From NCBI RefSeq assembly GCF_031769215.1, contig NW_026782308.1, positions 372,001 to 436,000 on the forward strand: a stretch of DNA of 64,000 bases, in the 5' to 3' direction. Source of the stretch: Ylistrum balloti (taxonomy: Eukaryota). Below the pieces are notes generated by a model. It worked only from the letters and a program-made list of their open reading frames with translations. It was not told the origin of the DNA and did not search any database. This document shows, piece after piece, positions 1 to 13,998 of the stretch. Made by a program: the position numbers and the translations under genes. How positions within the stretch are numbered: position 1 is the stretch's first letter; every line of letters starts with the position of its first letter.

Positions 1-600
1 CAAAACCATCTAGTTATAATCCCAAGTTTAACACTATCTACCTACATTCTAATGGACAATAGCTTCTAGCTACAACTTGGAGGTCGACTTATAAGTTTTT
101 AACACAACACCATTTAGCCACAACCTTAAAGTTTTTAACACCATCTTGTTTCAACCATAAAGCCAATACCATCAAGTTACAACCTCAAGATAGACAACAA
201 CCACCTAAAATCTCATGTCCAATAGCTTCCAGCTTCAGCCTCATGTTAACACCATATTGCTTCAACCACAAGGTCAAAACTGTCAAGCTACAACTTCAAG
301 ATAAACACCAACTACTCACAATCGTATGGTTAATAGCTTCTACATACAACTTCAATATCAACACAATCTATCCACATCCTCAAGGACAACATCACCTTGC
401 TAAAACCTCAAGGTTAACATCACCTAGTTACAACCTCAAGATCAATACCACCTAGTTACAACCTCAAAGTAAACATCACAAAGCTACCACCTCAAGGTCA
501 ACATCACAAAGCTACAACCTCAAGGTCAACATCACCTTGCTAAAACCTCAAGCCACACCATCTATCTTTCATCATAAGATTAATACCATCTAGTTACAGC
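1..600. repeat. Degenerate 28-bp tandem repeat in a SUDS3 intron
   Basis: CTCAAG core recurs at 379, 407, 435, 463, 491, 519 and 547 (28-bp spacing; unit ~ctcaaggtcaacatcacaaagctacaac). More diverged copies lie toward position 1. Confidence 0.8.
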
Positions 601-727
601 CTCAATGCCAAATATATAGCCATAAGTGGTTTACAAATTTTTTCAAGAAATTAACATGCTCAGTTTTGCCTAAAAACAAATATGCTGACACATTTTGAAC
701 ATCTCTGTACAAGCATGAATTAGATAC

Positions 728-3700
728 CTCATACTCCCTCCAAATTTCATTGATTCTCATGCGTTCCTTGAACTGCTGGTCAATCTTGCGACGTTTCTTG
801 ATGTACTCTGGTAAAGTGCCTTCCTGCAATTGTTGCAGCTGCTTCTTCAAGTGAGCAAGCTTATCTTGGTACATCCTGTTTATGACATATATAGTCTACT
901 GTAATGCTTGTAATTTGGGTATTTTTACAGTCATAGTGCATTCTGCTTTCAATACTATAAGAATATTCAAGACTACCTCTGATTAACAGATGTACAGAAT
1001 TACAGAACCAAGAGCCAAGAAAACCTTTGATTGTTTATATTCTCAGGAAATCCCCCTACAGCTTAATGACTAGATAATAGTTCTCTGGTATAATGTAGAT
1101 GTAAATTTAAAGCACAATGGTAAGTACAGTTACTGCCTTATTTTCTTATGAATAGACGCCACAAGCACTTGAAAATATTACTATTCCTCTTCTTTCTTCA
1201 TCTTTATGCTGGTCTTATTAACAGGATATTTCACCCTTCTTCCTTTTGCTACAGATTCTATCAGTTAAGTGAATGATGTTACCTGTTCCTATATTTTATA
1301 ATTACTTACTGTTCTTTGATTTCTGTATATTCTGTTTGCTGCTTTGCCATATCAGTCTCACTGGCATCTTCAGTATCTGGAAAGTAGAACTTGATCTTAT
1401 AGTCATGAGAATATTATTATTGTGATTAATAAGAATAATAATAATACAAATTTATTCATTAATAATTGCTCAAAATCAATACATGAATAATGCAAAAAAA
1501 TGAAATAGAGACAGGAAACTTGAAAATTGCTTTTTCAATTTCAATGAATAATTCGACAAGAAATGGCTGTATCACATATCAATTCCTGACTCGACTAATT
1601 ACCTTAATATGTTTTTATTAATCAGACCTTTACTTAATTATAAATACCAATAATCATGTGCTATATATGATATTAAACTATGATTTTATATAACATATAT
1701 ACAAAGATTTTGATAAAAGCAAATATTGCTCAACTTTATAGTCAAGGAAACAAAAATGTAGCTACAGCACTTTACACAAAAAAAGAAGAAGTTGAACACA
1801 TTTTTCTTTCTTCACAAAATAAAATGTCTCCATTTAATTATTTAAATGATTATTTCCCCTTCAACCCACATAAACAGATTTATTTATTTATTTTTGAGAG
1901 TCCTGACTATTCAGTATCTTATATAAAGATTTTTGCTGACAATATGTATTACATTCATGTAATTATGAATGTATATGATAAATTATGAAAGTTCATCTTT
2001 AAATAAGTTACTGTGTTTTAATTAATAAACTATCATTAACATGATCAATCATACTTTGAATTATTACATGATCAAAGATTCATCTGATTCTAGATTGACA
2101 ATATTTAGCTGGATTAATAACGCTCAAGGTATTTTTTTTAAAATGTTTAGTGACATCATGTTCTAAATACAAAGCAGTGATCATTATGAGCATGTGCAAT
2201 ACCATACATCTAAATCTAAACTGATATGACTAATACAACACTAACACAATTTTAAACATTTTTGGGTATAAAGTTTAGAGACCTACATGAAGAAATTCTA
2301 TAATTTCCACTTAGTACATATATATCAATGTAATTTTGAATAAGACAGACTGTTTATGACACTGATAATTTATGAAGGGAAACGAACTAAAAATAACTGC
2401 TAATCATGTGATGAAAGAATACATGAATCAGCATAAATTTCACAGAATGATAAATGAATGTCTGTAAGATCACATTAAATACAAGTCTGTACATCTGTGA
2501 CTGAGGAAATATTCTACAACTGCTGAGTATCGTATCTACACTGCACATGCCTCCAGACAAACAAACAATGGTAATAAACACACACAAGTACACCCAGTAC
2601 TTTACCTCCAGTGGAAGCCATCATGATGCTATTTATATGATATATGGGGATTCCCCTATGAGATCATGATTAGCTTAACAAAGGGAACTAACTGTGATTC
2701 ATAAGTGTTCAATACAATACTTATCTGCATGCAGCACAATATTTTTAAATGTATTTGATATTAGCAAAGTGATAAATTAAATCTATCCTACTGTTTTAGG
2801 ATTTTCTTAACCTTTATTTCTCATATCATTGTTTTTGTTTCACTTTCATACCAAAACTTAAATTCCTGTTTGATATGCAGTCAAAATTTGGGTTCTGGCC
2901 AGTAGTAACTTTTAATTATCCTAAGAAAATATGTCATGAACATAAGACCTAAAACTTGATTCTTGCATATTGCATGTAAAATTTCATATGACTTTGTTTT
3001 ACCTGTTTCTTGATACAGCTAAGTTAGAAAATTAAACTACATTTGAATACTAACAAAAGTATTCATTTCAAAACAACTAGGATAACTCAATAAAGTCAGA
3101 CAATTGGTGATATGCTGAAAATGGCTGGTCACAGTATTATTTGCTTATCTGAGATTGATTGGGGGAAACCATAACACACCAAAAAAACGCTTGGGATTTT
3201 TTTTTAAGTGAGCTTATCAAATAACAGTATTTGTCAATGAATTAGTAATCTTACTAGTGCTATAATTTGAAATATGGATGTGTTAATTTCCAAAATACAT
3301 GGAATAGACTCCCCCTCTACCGGTTTTTATAATGTCTATGATCATAGTAATGACAAGCAATATCTTACACAGATACTCTGGATGATTAACAGAAACAGGA
3401 TTTACATTGACTTGCTCTTCATTATTTACTAAGAAACTATTTACAGTTTATATGTTATTAACCCTTAATAAAAATAAGTATAAAGAAAACATTCTTGTAA
3501 CCAGTAGTCCCAGCTAAGTGCCTGGCCCATTTAATTTGATTAGTTGGCAAACCTTAGCAAATGGCTTACCTCCCTTAGACCATATTATCAACAACATGCT
3601 TTTGCTATTAAATCTAAAACTATGAGAAAATTTGTAATAATTATGCCATCTTTGAGGATATGTTCTCAAAGTACATCTTCGCTTGATAACATTTGCGTGA

Positions 3701-4430
3701 GTGCAAATGACTGCAGGACACGATTAACTTTTCATAAACACAGCAAAAGATTTCTCATTTGGTTTCAAATAGCACCATCTCTTCTGAAATTTGTCCACTT
3801 TGACAATAGTGTAGTTGCTCATTTTAGTTAAATCAAATTAGAGACGAAAATAACACTGATATGTACGTCTCTTGTCAGATCTCCATTTTAATTTAACACT
3901 TTGAAATCTTAATGCACCAGACCCAAAAAGGGGATGGGGGGCAGTAGCGAGGTTTGCGAAAAAAAAGTTGCCTGAGAAACATAATCCGTCAACTGGTCAT
4001 CTCCTACTATATTGGAACTTATTAAGAAATCGTGTCGATGTTGTCTCTCACATGCATACGCCAAGGTAGATTTATAAGGACGAAACGACAGTCTTCGTTA
4101 TCAAAAGAACACGAATCGTTAAGTTTCCTTAAATTCAATACTATGCATGTCAATATTAGTGCAAAGTAACAACCATTATACACATTCCATACACCAGGCA
4201 TACCTATGCATAAGGCAAATTCAGGCAAAATGTCTTATGCTTTGTTACTTGCAACATAACGTTGCAAACTTATCGTAAATTACAGTGCCGTTGCATATAT
4301 TTCTCCTACAGTTACCTTCATCAGTACAATTATCATCAAAATCTCGATCATCGTCGAAATCAAACAGGTCATCGTCGTCCAAATCATCGTCGTTTATGTA
4401 GCGCGGCGAAGATGTGTAACTAGATGCCAT
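728..4430 (-). CDS. SUDS3: Sin3 HDAC corepressor component SDS3, 5' part; exons 4430-4316, 1376-1310, 875-728; continues beyond the left edge
   Basis: Spliced translation [16 protein letters not shown]...TDE|[23 protein letters not shown]|[38 protein letters not shown] closely resembles vertebrate SUDS3 as I recall it ([12 protein letters not shown]...[23 protein letters not shown]). All junctions are GT-AG and phases are consistent (1, 2, 0). Confidence 0.93.
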
Positions 4431-4793
4431 GATGTTGTTCTTCTTTGAAACAACTTCCGGGGAACCATTAACTTTTAAGGTCAATATAGCCCATAAATTC
4501 AGAAGACTTTGTATTGTAAAGAAGAATTGTCTAAATTATTTAATTTTTAGCATTCTATGGTTATGCAATAATGTCTTATAAGTAATTGCGTCAATATAAA
4601 TCGATGAATACACAGGATTTTGAGAATCATTATAACATATTTTTATCGACTACATAGCTTGTAGTTTCACTTCCGTAAAGCTGCACATGCGTCGTACAGA
4701 CAGACTTGAGAGCTATCAACATCTGTAGAGTATACGTAGCATTTACTCACTAGCACGATCAACACTTGTCAACTGGGTTGGAGACATAAAACG
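4431..4793. promoter_or_regulatory. Bidirectional promoter/5'UTR region shared by SUDS3 and DERL2
   Basis: Divergent ATGs at 4430 (-) and 4794 (+) are 363 bp apart. ETS-type ACTTCCG at 4453 and 4669; inverted ACTACA/TGTAGT pair at 4649-4665. Confidence 0.75.
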
Positions 4794-7700
4794 ATGGCAG
4801 CTCAGACTTTTCAACAGGAATATATGCAGATGCCCCCAATTACGCGGGCTTACACAACAGCATGTGTTTTAACAACAGTCGCTATTGTAAGGATTTGGTA
4901 TTGATTATTGATAAGTTAGTAACTCATAACTGTAAGTTCTGGCTTCTAATCCAAATAGAAACATATAAAGATGTTAGAAAAGCCAGCCATGATATCAGAG
5001 GAAGGAATCGTCAAGATTCTCACCCTTGGACTGGTTGGAAATATTTTTGTTTAATCACGATATTGGAAATTCCGTATTCTCCACGTTTTTATATAACCTT
5101 TTCTACCTATTCCCCTGAAAGGACAGTATAGTGGACAAATGACACATTTAATAAATCGATATGCCCAATGGCCAGTGAGAGGTGAATCTTGTGTTCTTAA
5201 TAAAAATGTTGTTAACAAATTAAAGTGACTTTTCATATGTATCAATTGAAAAATATATATTCAGCTTTTTAATGCTGTCAATTTAACGATAATTTTCTTC
5301 GTGGTGTTAGCTGAAAGAGATATACATTATAGGATGGTATTTCCTTTGTATTTAGTTTAAACATGGATTTTGTTTTATAAACATCATTATATGAAAAGTT
5401 AACAGAAATTATTTGTAAAAAAAATCTGTAAGCTTTCTAGTTACTTTTTAATTTTGAGAGAAAAGAAAGCTTTTGCAAGGAAGCATATGCAGTTTGTTAT
5501 CCCTCTGTATCCTCCCCACCCAACCTGTTTACTTAGAAGGGCAGTAAATGACATTCAGATGTGATATCCTTCTCTGACAGCACACAATTGTGCCTCAGTT
5601 TTCATGATCATTAATGCGCTGAATGGTATGACCAATGTAGTCAAGGGAGTGCTTCAGACCACTTTCCTCGAACATGAGTTCGAAATGCATGGGATAATGT
5701 TTGCTTCATCAGTGTACATTATTTTTTCAACTTGATTGTATGAAATGTTATATTGTTGAACTTTTTTTTCACATGTTATCAAATGAAATGAGAGAAAATC
5801 GGAGGTAAATTTTTTGACAAATTTTTTGCATCACTGAGTAGAGCCATTATTGTCCAACAGGTGTAAGCCCTCCCATCAATTTTGTGAGGTTAGAATCTGT
5901 GGATACACAATATATGATTTAGAATTGTACATAGGTGTAATGACTGTATGCATCTATTCTACATTTGTATTCATGATAATCATACTTTTGTTCAGCATCC
6001 CAGCGGGAATTGAACCAGAGTTTTTGGCATTGAAGCAAACTACAGTCGTCATACGTTCTTCTTAAATTAGCTGTTACACACAGTTAGGTTTATAGTATAA
6101 GGAATTCTTCCTTGTACTCCATTAATGTAGAGGTAAAATTGGAAAATGGGGGTCAGTACCCATTGCAGCATACTACTTGACATTCTGTAAATGGTCACAT
6201 TTGATTCCCCACATTTATTGGTAAGGCAATGTGTCGGAAATATATTTCATGGGTCAGTAACATTTCTGTGCTTCACAATTAAGAAATAGCAAAGATCTTG
6301 ACATAGATCAAATTGAACTTAAATTTGACCATTTGTGGACCAAAGACATTTGGAGGATGATGGATATAGGATGATGTTGTTCAACCAAATCATGCTTTTA
6401 AAATCAAAGCCATATTTCTAGGTTTTACACAGGGTTTACTCATAAACATCATGATATTATATAACTCATCCAGTATTTATAGTATTTAAATCCATATTTC
6501 AATAATTTTTAAGTTTCTTGCTCTCCTTTTTCCAAGCTCCTGAATTCCTTGTAGACAGGCTTGTAAAAAGATATTAAGTTTGGTTTTATTTTTCATTCTC
6601 TTTACAGCAACTTGATGTGATAACTCCATTCCAAATCTATTTTAATCCAGACCTTATATTTAGAAAATATGAGGTAAGTTATTTGTAAATTGTGTATAAC
6701 ATCCAACAAGAAAACAATAGGTATTCTCAAGAATTGTATTTGTTAGAATTTGAATTAGCCACAATAAGATTATTTGTTTGTTCAAGATGCTAGTTTGAAT
6801 GGGATAGATGATTAGATATAATTATATGCTAAGTTTCTGCAAATTGGCTTGTAATTCTCTTTTTTCCCAAGGATGGTAACAACATTTCAGTACTGAAAGC
6901 AAAATTTCTCCAATCAAAATTATTATTTTTTTTTTGCCTTTTTTTTCTATTCAGACACTGTAATGATAAGAATAAGCATGTCTCATTTGACACTTAACAC
7001 TTTCTGTACCTCCTCATCATCCAATGATGAAATGTAATTATATCTATTATTTATATTTATGTTTTTTCAGGTATGGAGATTGGTAACAAATTTCATGTAC
7101 TTTGGACCAATTGGATTTAATTTCTTATTTAATATGATATTTGCGTATCGTTATTGTCGGTTATTGGAGGAAGGATCTTTCCGTAATCGAACAGCTGATT
7201 TTTTTTTCATGATAATATTTGGAGCTGCTCTTATGATTGTATCCTTTGTCAATCAAAATTAATTCATTCTGTATTATGTGATAGTCTGATGGTGTGAAAT
7301 GAAAACATTTTAAGTGTTTCAATATTTGTGGTTCAGCATAAGCTTTAGAAAAGACTAAAACACTTGAACTTATGATCTTTGAATTCCAACTCATTTACTC
7401 TAGACTTAATACATTGTATTCATCTTGTGACATTATATAAGAATTTTAGGGGAGCAGTATATGACACCTTGCAGAATATGCATCATTTTCACTAGTGTAG
7501 AAACTGTAAAGAATTCTGACACACTGTGCTGTCACAACTATAAGATATTGGAATAACTGATTGTGAGGCAGCATATCATCAAACTGACCATGTCTTTTTA
7601 TTTAAGCTGTATCTTATTTAAAACCAAAACAAAACAAAAAAGGTACCTGTATCAGCAAAGAGATCGGTTTTGAAATTTATGCGTGGAATCAATCAAATCA

Positions 7701-10017
7701 ATGGATGCTTTCAATTTTACCTTGAACTATTTAAATGACAAAGCAAAACCCAGTTCATCAAGAATAAAACATTTGGATTTTGAAGACAAAGAATATTGTA
7801 TACAACTAAACTTATGACCTCACACTTGCTTTCCTAATTTGTCCTTAACTCTTCTCCAGGTTGTCGGTTTGTTTGTTAATATAGTGTTTTTAGGCAGTGC
7901 TTTCACTATTATGCTTGTGTATGTATGGAGTCGAAGAAATCCCTTTATTAGGATGAATTTTTTTGGGCTGATGACCTTTCATGCCCCATACCTACCGTGG
8001 GTTCTACTTGGCTTTTCCGTCCTGCTCGGAAATTCTGTAATGGTGGATTTAATGGGTAAGATATCTTAGTGTTACTGTGAGATTCTGGAACAGTTGAAGA
8101 AAATAGCAAGATATCATAATGTGTGTAATTGAATATATGTAATTTGTCTATTGTGTGTAAGTATATATATCTATTTGTGTATGTCAATACTAAGTTGTTT
8201 TTTTTTTAAATTATGATGAGTGAGATATTTCAATCCTCTAGGGGAATTCTGTTTCTGTGGAATTTTAAGGGTAAAATATCTTAATTCTGCTTGAAAATTC
8301 TGTATTTATTGGCATAATTTAGAAGATATGATAATCTTGTTAGTAAATTATGTAATGATGGATCTGATGGATAAGATATCTTAACTGAGCTGGGAAACTG
8401 TATTATTTTATAGTTATAAGTAAAGAGTATGTCACCTTTACTTACCTCATGTTTCTATGGTTACAGGTATTGCTGTTGGACATGTATATTACTTCCTAGA
8501 AGATGTTTTTCCTCAACAAAATGGAGGATTCAAATTATTAAAAACGCCAGCATTTTTGTAAGTGCAGCAAAAGCATTTGAGTATTTACCTGTATGTATAT
8601 ATACATGTATAAAGTTGTTATGCTGATCATTAGTGAATTTGCCAACCCTCCATAGCTGTCAAATATGTACAATGGACATGGATATTGAATTATCGTTGTT
8701 CCTGTATGGTTTTAAGTATGGACACAATTTACACTGTTCTTGTCTTGGTAATGATTGGTTATAGAAATGATGTTAGGGAAATGATTGGCTGAAGAAATGA
8801 TGTCGGGGTAATGATTGGCTATAGAAATGATGTCAGGGCAATTATTGGCTATAGAAATGATGTCGGGGTAATGATTGGCTATAGAAATGATGTCAGGGAA
8901 ATGATTGGCTATAGAAATGATGTCAGGGTAATGATTGGCTATAGAAATGATGTCAGGGCAATGATTGGCTATAGAAATGATGTCAGGGCAATGATTGGCT
9001 ATAGAAATGATGTCGGGGTAATGATTGGCTATAGAAATGATGTCAGGGCAATGATTGGCTATAGAAATGATGTCGGGGCAATGATTGGCTATAGAAATGA
9101 TGTCGGGGTAATGATTGGCTATAGAAATGATGTCGGGGTAATGATTGGCTATAGAAATGATGTCGGGGTAATGATTGGCTATAGAAATGATGTCAGAATA
9201 GTGATTGGCTATAGAAATGATGTCAGGGTAATGATTGGCTATAGAAATGATGTCAGGGCAATGATTGGCTATAGAAATGATGTCAGGGCAATGATTGGCT
9301 ATAAAAATGATGTCAGGGAAATGATTGGCTATAGAAATGATGTCAGGGTAATGATTGGCTATAGAAATGATGTCGGGGTAATGATTGGCTATAGAAATGA
9401 TGTCGTGGTAATGATTGGCTATAGAAATGATGTCAGGGTAATGATTGGCTATAGAAATGATGTCAGGGTAATGATTGGCTATAGAAATGATGTCAGGGCA
9501 ATGATTGGCTATAGAAATGATGTCAGGGCAATGATTGGCTATAAAAATGATGTCAGGGCAATGATTGGCTATAAAAATGATGTCAGGGCAATGATTGGCT
9601 ATAGAAATGATGTCAGGGAAATGATTGGCTATAGAAATGATGTCAGGATAGTGATTGGCCATAGAAATGATGTTGGGTTAATCGTTAGCTACTCTTATGA
9701 CAGAACAAGTATTTGTCTGCTTGAAGCATGTTGCATCAGATGCTTGATTTGACCAATATTTCTCATTACAATGACTTTATTACAAGCCAGTGTTAGATTA
9801 CAGACCTTCACCATTCCTAGCTGTTAAATTTTGTATTTATATCCATATTTGAAGGCTTCAGTAATGGCATCATTTGGATTTCTTTTGCAGAAAATATATC
9901 TTGGAAGGAGCACCAGAGGATCCTAATTATAACCCTCTTCCTGAAGATCGGCCTGGAGGGTTTGACTGGGGAGAGGGACAGGCTGCAGGGAACAGAGATC
10001 AGCCTAACCAGGGGTAG
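4794..10017 (+). CDS. DERL2: Derlin-2 (ERAD rhomboid pseudoprotease), 246 aa; exons 4794-4886, 6608-6673, 7071-7238, 7860-8055, 8467-8557, 9891-10017
   Basis: Translation [28 protein letters not shown]|[18 protein letters not shown]|[24 protein letters not shown]...[12 protein letters not shown]|...[18 protein letters not shown]...|[16 protein letters not shown]|...[22 protein letters not shown] is a typical Derlin-2/3. Exons total 741 nt with an open frame and all introns are GT-AG. Confidence 0.96.
7239..7859 (+). other. U12-type (minor spliceosome) GT-AG intron, DERL2 intron 3
   Basis: 5' site GTATCCTTT at 7239; branch site TCCTTAAC at 7842-7849, about 11 nt from the 3' CAG (7857-7859); no long polypyrimidine tract. 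Confidence 0.93.
8747..9682. repeat. 30-bp minisatellite (~31 copies) in DERL2 intron 5
   Basis: Unit atgattggctatagaaatgatgtcagggca, with variation mainly in the last 6 nt. Confidence 0.98.
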
Positions 10018-12559
10018 TGCGGACATTAACACTTTTTAAAGAAGTCTCAAACTTACAGAAGATAAAGAAATCAAGGAAGATGAGATATTTTGCCTACATA
10101 TATAACATTATAATGACGGGCCAGTTGACTGGCATTTAAACTGTTAAACAGTTGTGTGAGCATGTATTAATGAGTACTTGTTATGTATACATATTCTGTA
10201 TAGTAATATAGATTCTTGGATAAGTCTTCATTCATCATCTCACCAGTACATAATATATATATATAGAATTACCTATCCATGTATATTTTTGAAAGATTTA
10301 TATTTATATCTGTGACGTTTCAAATGTTTATTGTGTAGATGTTTCACAATTGTTCAGTGATGCTACACTGCACCAGCGTTTCAAAGAAAACAGCCATTTT
10401 TATGATTTGCAGAAAAAATGTGGCCATAATGTTAGGATCCTGAATTTTACACAAAAATGTCCAGTTTGAGTTTATAACATGAAGACCTAGAATCACAAAC
10501 TGAACTTGGTACAATTTACACTGTGTGTGATGAATGTGTCCATATGTGAATCATGCCTATTTCAATTAATTTGTTGTTTTCAAATATATATGGATAACAT
10601 AACTTTGAAAGGTTGTTCATCTTGAACTTTTAAAATTGTTTTAATTTGGATTATAATAATCAATACATATTAGCTGTTATCAATCAAAAAATAAAAAAAA
10701 ACAGGAGAGACATAAAAAGTGATGTTATTATTTTAAACAATGTAAACTTTTTTTTAATTTGAAGGTAATAACCACCTCTTCTCAAACTATGAACAAACCT
10801 TTTTCTAGCCAAATTTATCATGTGTTTAGTTCTGTCTAAACATTCTTAGCTTTAATATGCCTTTAAAATAGTGTTGTGGGAGGAATTTATTGAGAAAAGT
10901 GAGTTTAGATCTTTTATCCAATGGCTTATTTTCAGCCCTGTATCATCAAGGAAAAGATAATATCTGCAGGAAATTTTACCTGTTTAGAAGATAATTTCTT
11001 TCTTCACATGAACGTTGTCTGTCTGCAGTTTCATGTTCTCTAAATGGGAAATTTAGAGGCAAATTTCTCAATGAATGGAAAATATGTGAAGTACCTCAAA
11101 TGAGCAAATCGTAGATGTGATATTTGGTATGTAGATGGCCAAGATAGTGTACAGAATTAACATTCACTTATTGTACATTTTCTATATGCTAGGCATTATC
11201 AGTAAAACATGTCATCTACTACGTCCACAATACTCTTGTTCACACATGTTCAGAGTTGAACTGTAAGGTTGGTGTCCTCTGTTTGGTGGGAGAAACTATC
11301 AATACCTGTTGTGTTTGGAATGATTCTGATGTTTTATCAACTTTTTTACATCAATTTTTAGTCAATTAATTTAATCAAATCTAGTCTGATACCAAAATGT
11401 TCTTAGCACATTTTAATTATTTTGACTAGAAACAGTGATATTAAAGCAGTCGGCCAATCCTTATGTATTGAATGGTTAGTATAGCTGTTAATGATGTACA
11501 ATATCTGTGTCACTTAGATTCAGCAAGTGAAAACAAAGTGTTTTTCATCATATACAAATTTTGACCTCCATGACCTTTACATTAAACATGGTGAGGATGA
11601 CCTTAAGTTGTTTAATTGTTCAGTTCTTAACACAGTTCTATCACTTATAATTTACTTGTTAAAGAATTTAACTACCGTGACCCTGAACTATGTAATGATA
11701 GACTAAACTATATATTTAGCAAGACACGACCCTTACTTTGGAGACAGATCTGTCACCTGCAATCAGTGCAATTAATCACCTTGAATTGAACTAACATCTA
11801 AATACAAATTTGTGAAAAATAATCCTCTAGTCTTGTTATATGGTGGTGAGAAACTGTATGTATCTAGTAAATGTTTTTATTGCCATGTTTTATGACGGTA
11901 TTGTAACGAGAACCGATCAGCGTTGTAAAGACTCTTCAATACAGAACCCAACAACTACTTACAATATATACAATTTATTCACACTATTTTACATAAATAA
12001 TGATATCACTCTCTCTCAAGTTGCATCCACCTTCACAATTCATACCCTGAAAATATCTACAAATCTACAATTAAATTTCATATTTCCTGTACCTTTACTT
12101 TGACAACAACCAATCAAATGGCTTTGTGATTCCAGTGTAGGTATCAATCACCATCACTACCAGGTAAGTATATGGCTTTCTCACAACGGAATATGCAGAC
12201 TGTCGCTATCACCTTCATCGGACCTTCAGCTTTAGGCCCTATGCCAGGCAGTCAGCGTTGCTTGTTGGTCATCAGCCCATTAAGCTACAATATATAGTAA
12301 CTTTAACCTAACATCTATCATTAATGAATATTTACAAAACAAAATATACTTATTACTCTTACTTTTGGAATGAATATCAATACAAATTTTATATAGATTA
12401 AATACAATAGTTTTAGGGAGTTATTTTTATCTTTCTAAAACAACAATAAGAATTTTTTATATTATGGACACGAAGAGTTCATTTAACATGTCAATAAAGT
12501 AAGACATGGTCGCTAGTGCACAATATATATATAGAAGAGAGAGAGATTATATTAATAAT

Positions 12560-13790
12560 GATGTTAAATGTATATCTTGGGTACGAATCGTCCAATACAC
12601 TGGGTACAAGACGTCCAGTCGTTCTGAGTACGAATTGTCCTGTATCCGTCTGCAGCGCCGCCATCTTGGGAAGGTATTGCCACTAGCGCCACACCATACC
12701 TAAACAGTGGGCCAAATGCTAGAAATCCCACTAGCTCGGTCACTAGACCACGTATCAACACAAATAATACTTTAGTTTAAAGCTGAGAAAAAGTTCTATG
12801 CTGTAGTCATTTTAAAGTCGAGTTATCGGGAATCAAAATTAAAGAAAAAATAACGGAAATATTTAAAATGTGAAAATTATTGGAAAAAAATAAACTCTTC
12901 AGTTATTTTGCATAGCATAATTTATAATGTTCTAGGACTGTCTGTTTAAGAAGTTTATTGGTGTGTGGACATATAGATGTACATCCTAGAGGTTGACTGT
13001 TTTATACAATTTCTTAACAGCTTTTACTTTATCTTAAGTCCCATATTGCACCAGTCGAATACAAAGTATACACTCTCTTCATATGCAGCATTGATACCAT
13101 AAACCAGTCAACAAATCATGTCTTCTGTCTACATGTTCTGTATTCATCACTGATAAGCCCAAGATAACTATATATTGTACAATTTATAGACTAGTTGCTT
13201 ATTTTGTGACCAAAATGAAACTACTGTCAAACACAAAAGGTAACTGTAATCAATCACACTACTTTGCACACGTCAGTACACAATATAATGTTACAGCAAA
13301 ATGAAAAAAACTACTCCTTACATCAGGCGAATGACCATCTCTTAGTTAAGCTGCTCAAATACTTAAAGATAATACTTCAAAACTCCTTTCATCATTACTT
13401 GAAACACTGCCTGTTACAATGACATCTACTACTTAGAACTATATATATGTTTACAAGTCAAAATGAATAGGCCCTATCATACAAATGTAAATCGAATAAG
13501 GTACACATTCTGTAGAACATGAATTTGTACATGGTAGGAACAGGGAAACTGCTTCTGTTTATGACAGCTTGTACAATACCTTCCCAAGATGGCTGACCGC
13601 TAGACATGTCACAGGCGCCGTTGCACGACATCTAGAATTAGATATCTATGGTCTTGTCCGTCAAACCACCTGCCTATTCTCTGGGTCGCGCATGCGTTAC
13701 TTATCGGAACAATGATTTAATAAGTTTATAGCGCGATATTCAAAACTTACCTTTACATATTCCGGTTTAAATGGCATGCGACAGGTATAA
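12560..13790. promoter_or_regulatory. Orphan promoter-like region with two CpG-richer patches
   Basis: Identical 20-mer caataccttcccaagatggc on the minus strand at ~12660-12679 and the plus strand at ~13575-13594 (YY1 CAAGATGGC / ZNF143-like TTCCCA..ATG). NRF1-like GCGCATGCG at 13688-13696. Confidence 0.45.
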
Positions 13791-13998
13791 TAAATTTCAA
13801 TGACAAATAAACTTGTGTTTATTTTCATTCTAACTCAGAGTGAGATCAGCACAGTGCACAGATACCTTTCACATCATTGTCCCGCATTTGAATGACATGG
13901 GAGCTATTCACAAATTTACTCTTTCTGTCTTCAAGAGCGACTGTGGTTATTTATGGCCATTTATACATGACAAAATTCACATCCCCAAATTTGATGAC

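Noticed and set aside
8747-9682. Repeat unit contains ATCATTTCTATAG (minus), as in the 5' region of U3 snoRNA
   Set aside because: Only 13 nt match and no other U3 boxes are present; treated as coincidence.
8712-9752. 316-aa and 313-aa ORFs on opposite strands
   Set aside because: They are translations of the stop-free 30-bp repeat inside DERL2 intron 5; no domain and no splice context.
12160-12171. ATACTTACCTGG (minus), the 5' end of U1 snRNA
   Set aside because: The following sequence is unlike U1; it is simply the reverse complement of a consensus 5' splice site.
12190-12285. Possible box C/D snoRNA (TGATGA...CTGA, minus)
   Set aside because: No terminal stem or clear final D box, and no rRNA-complementary guide that I could recognise.
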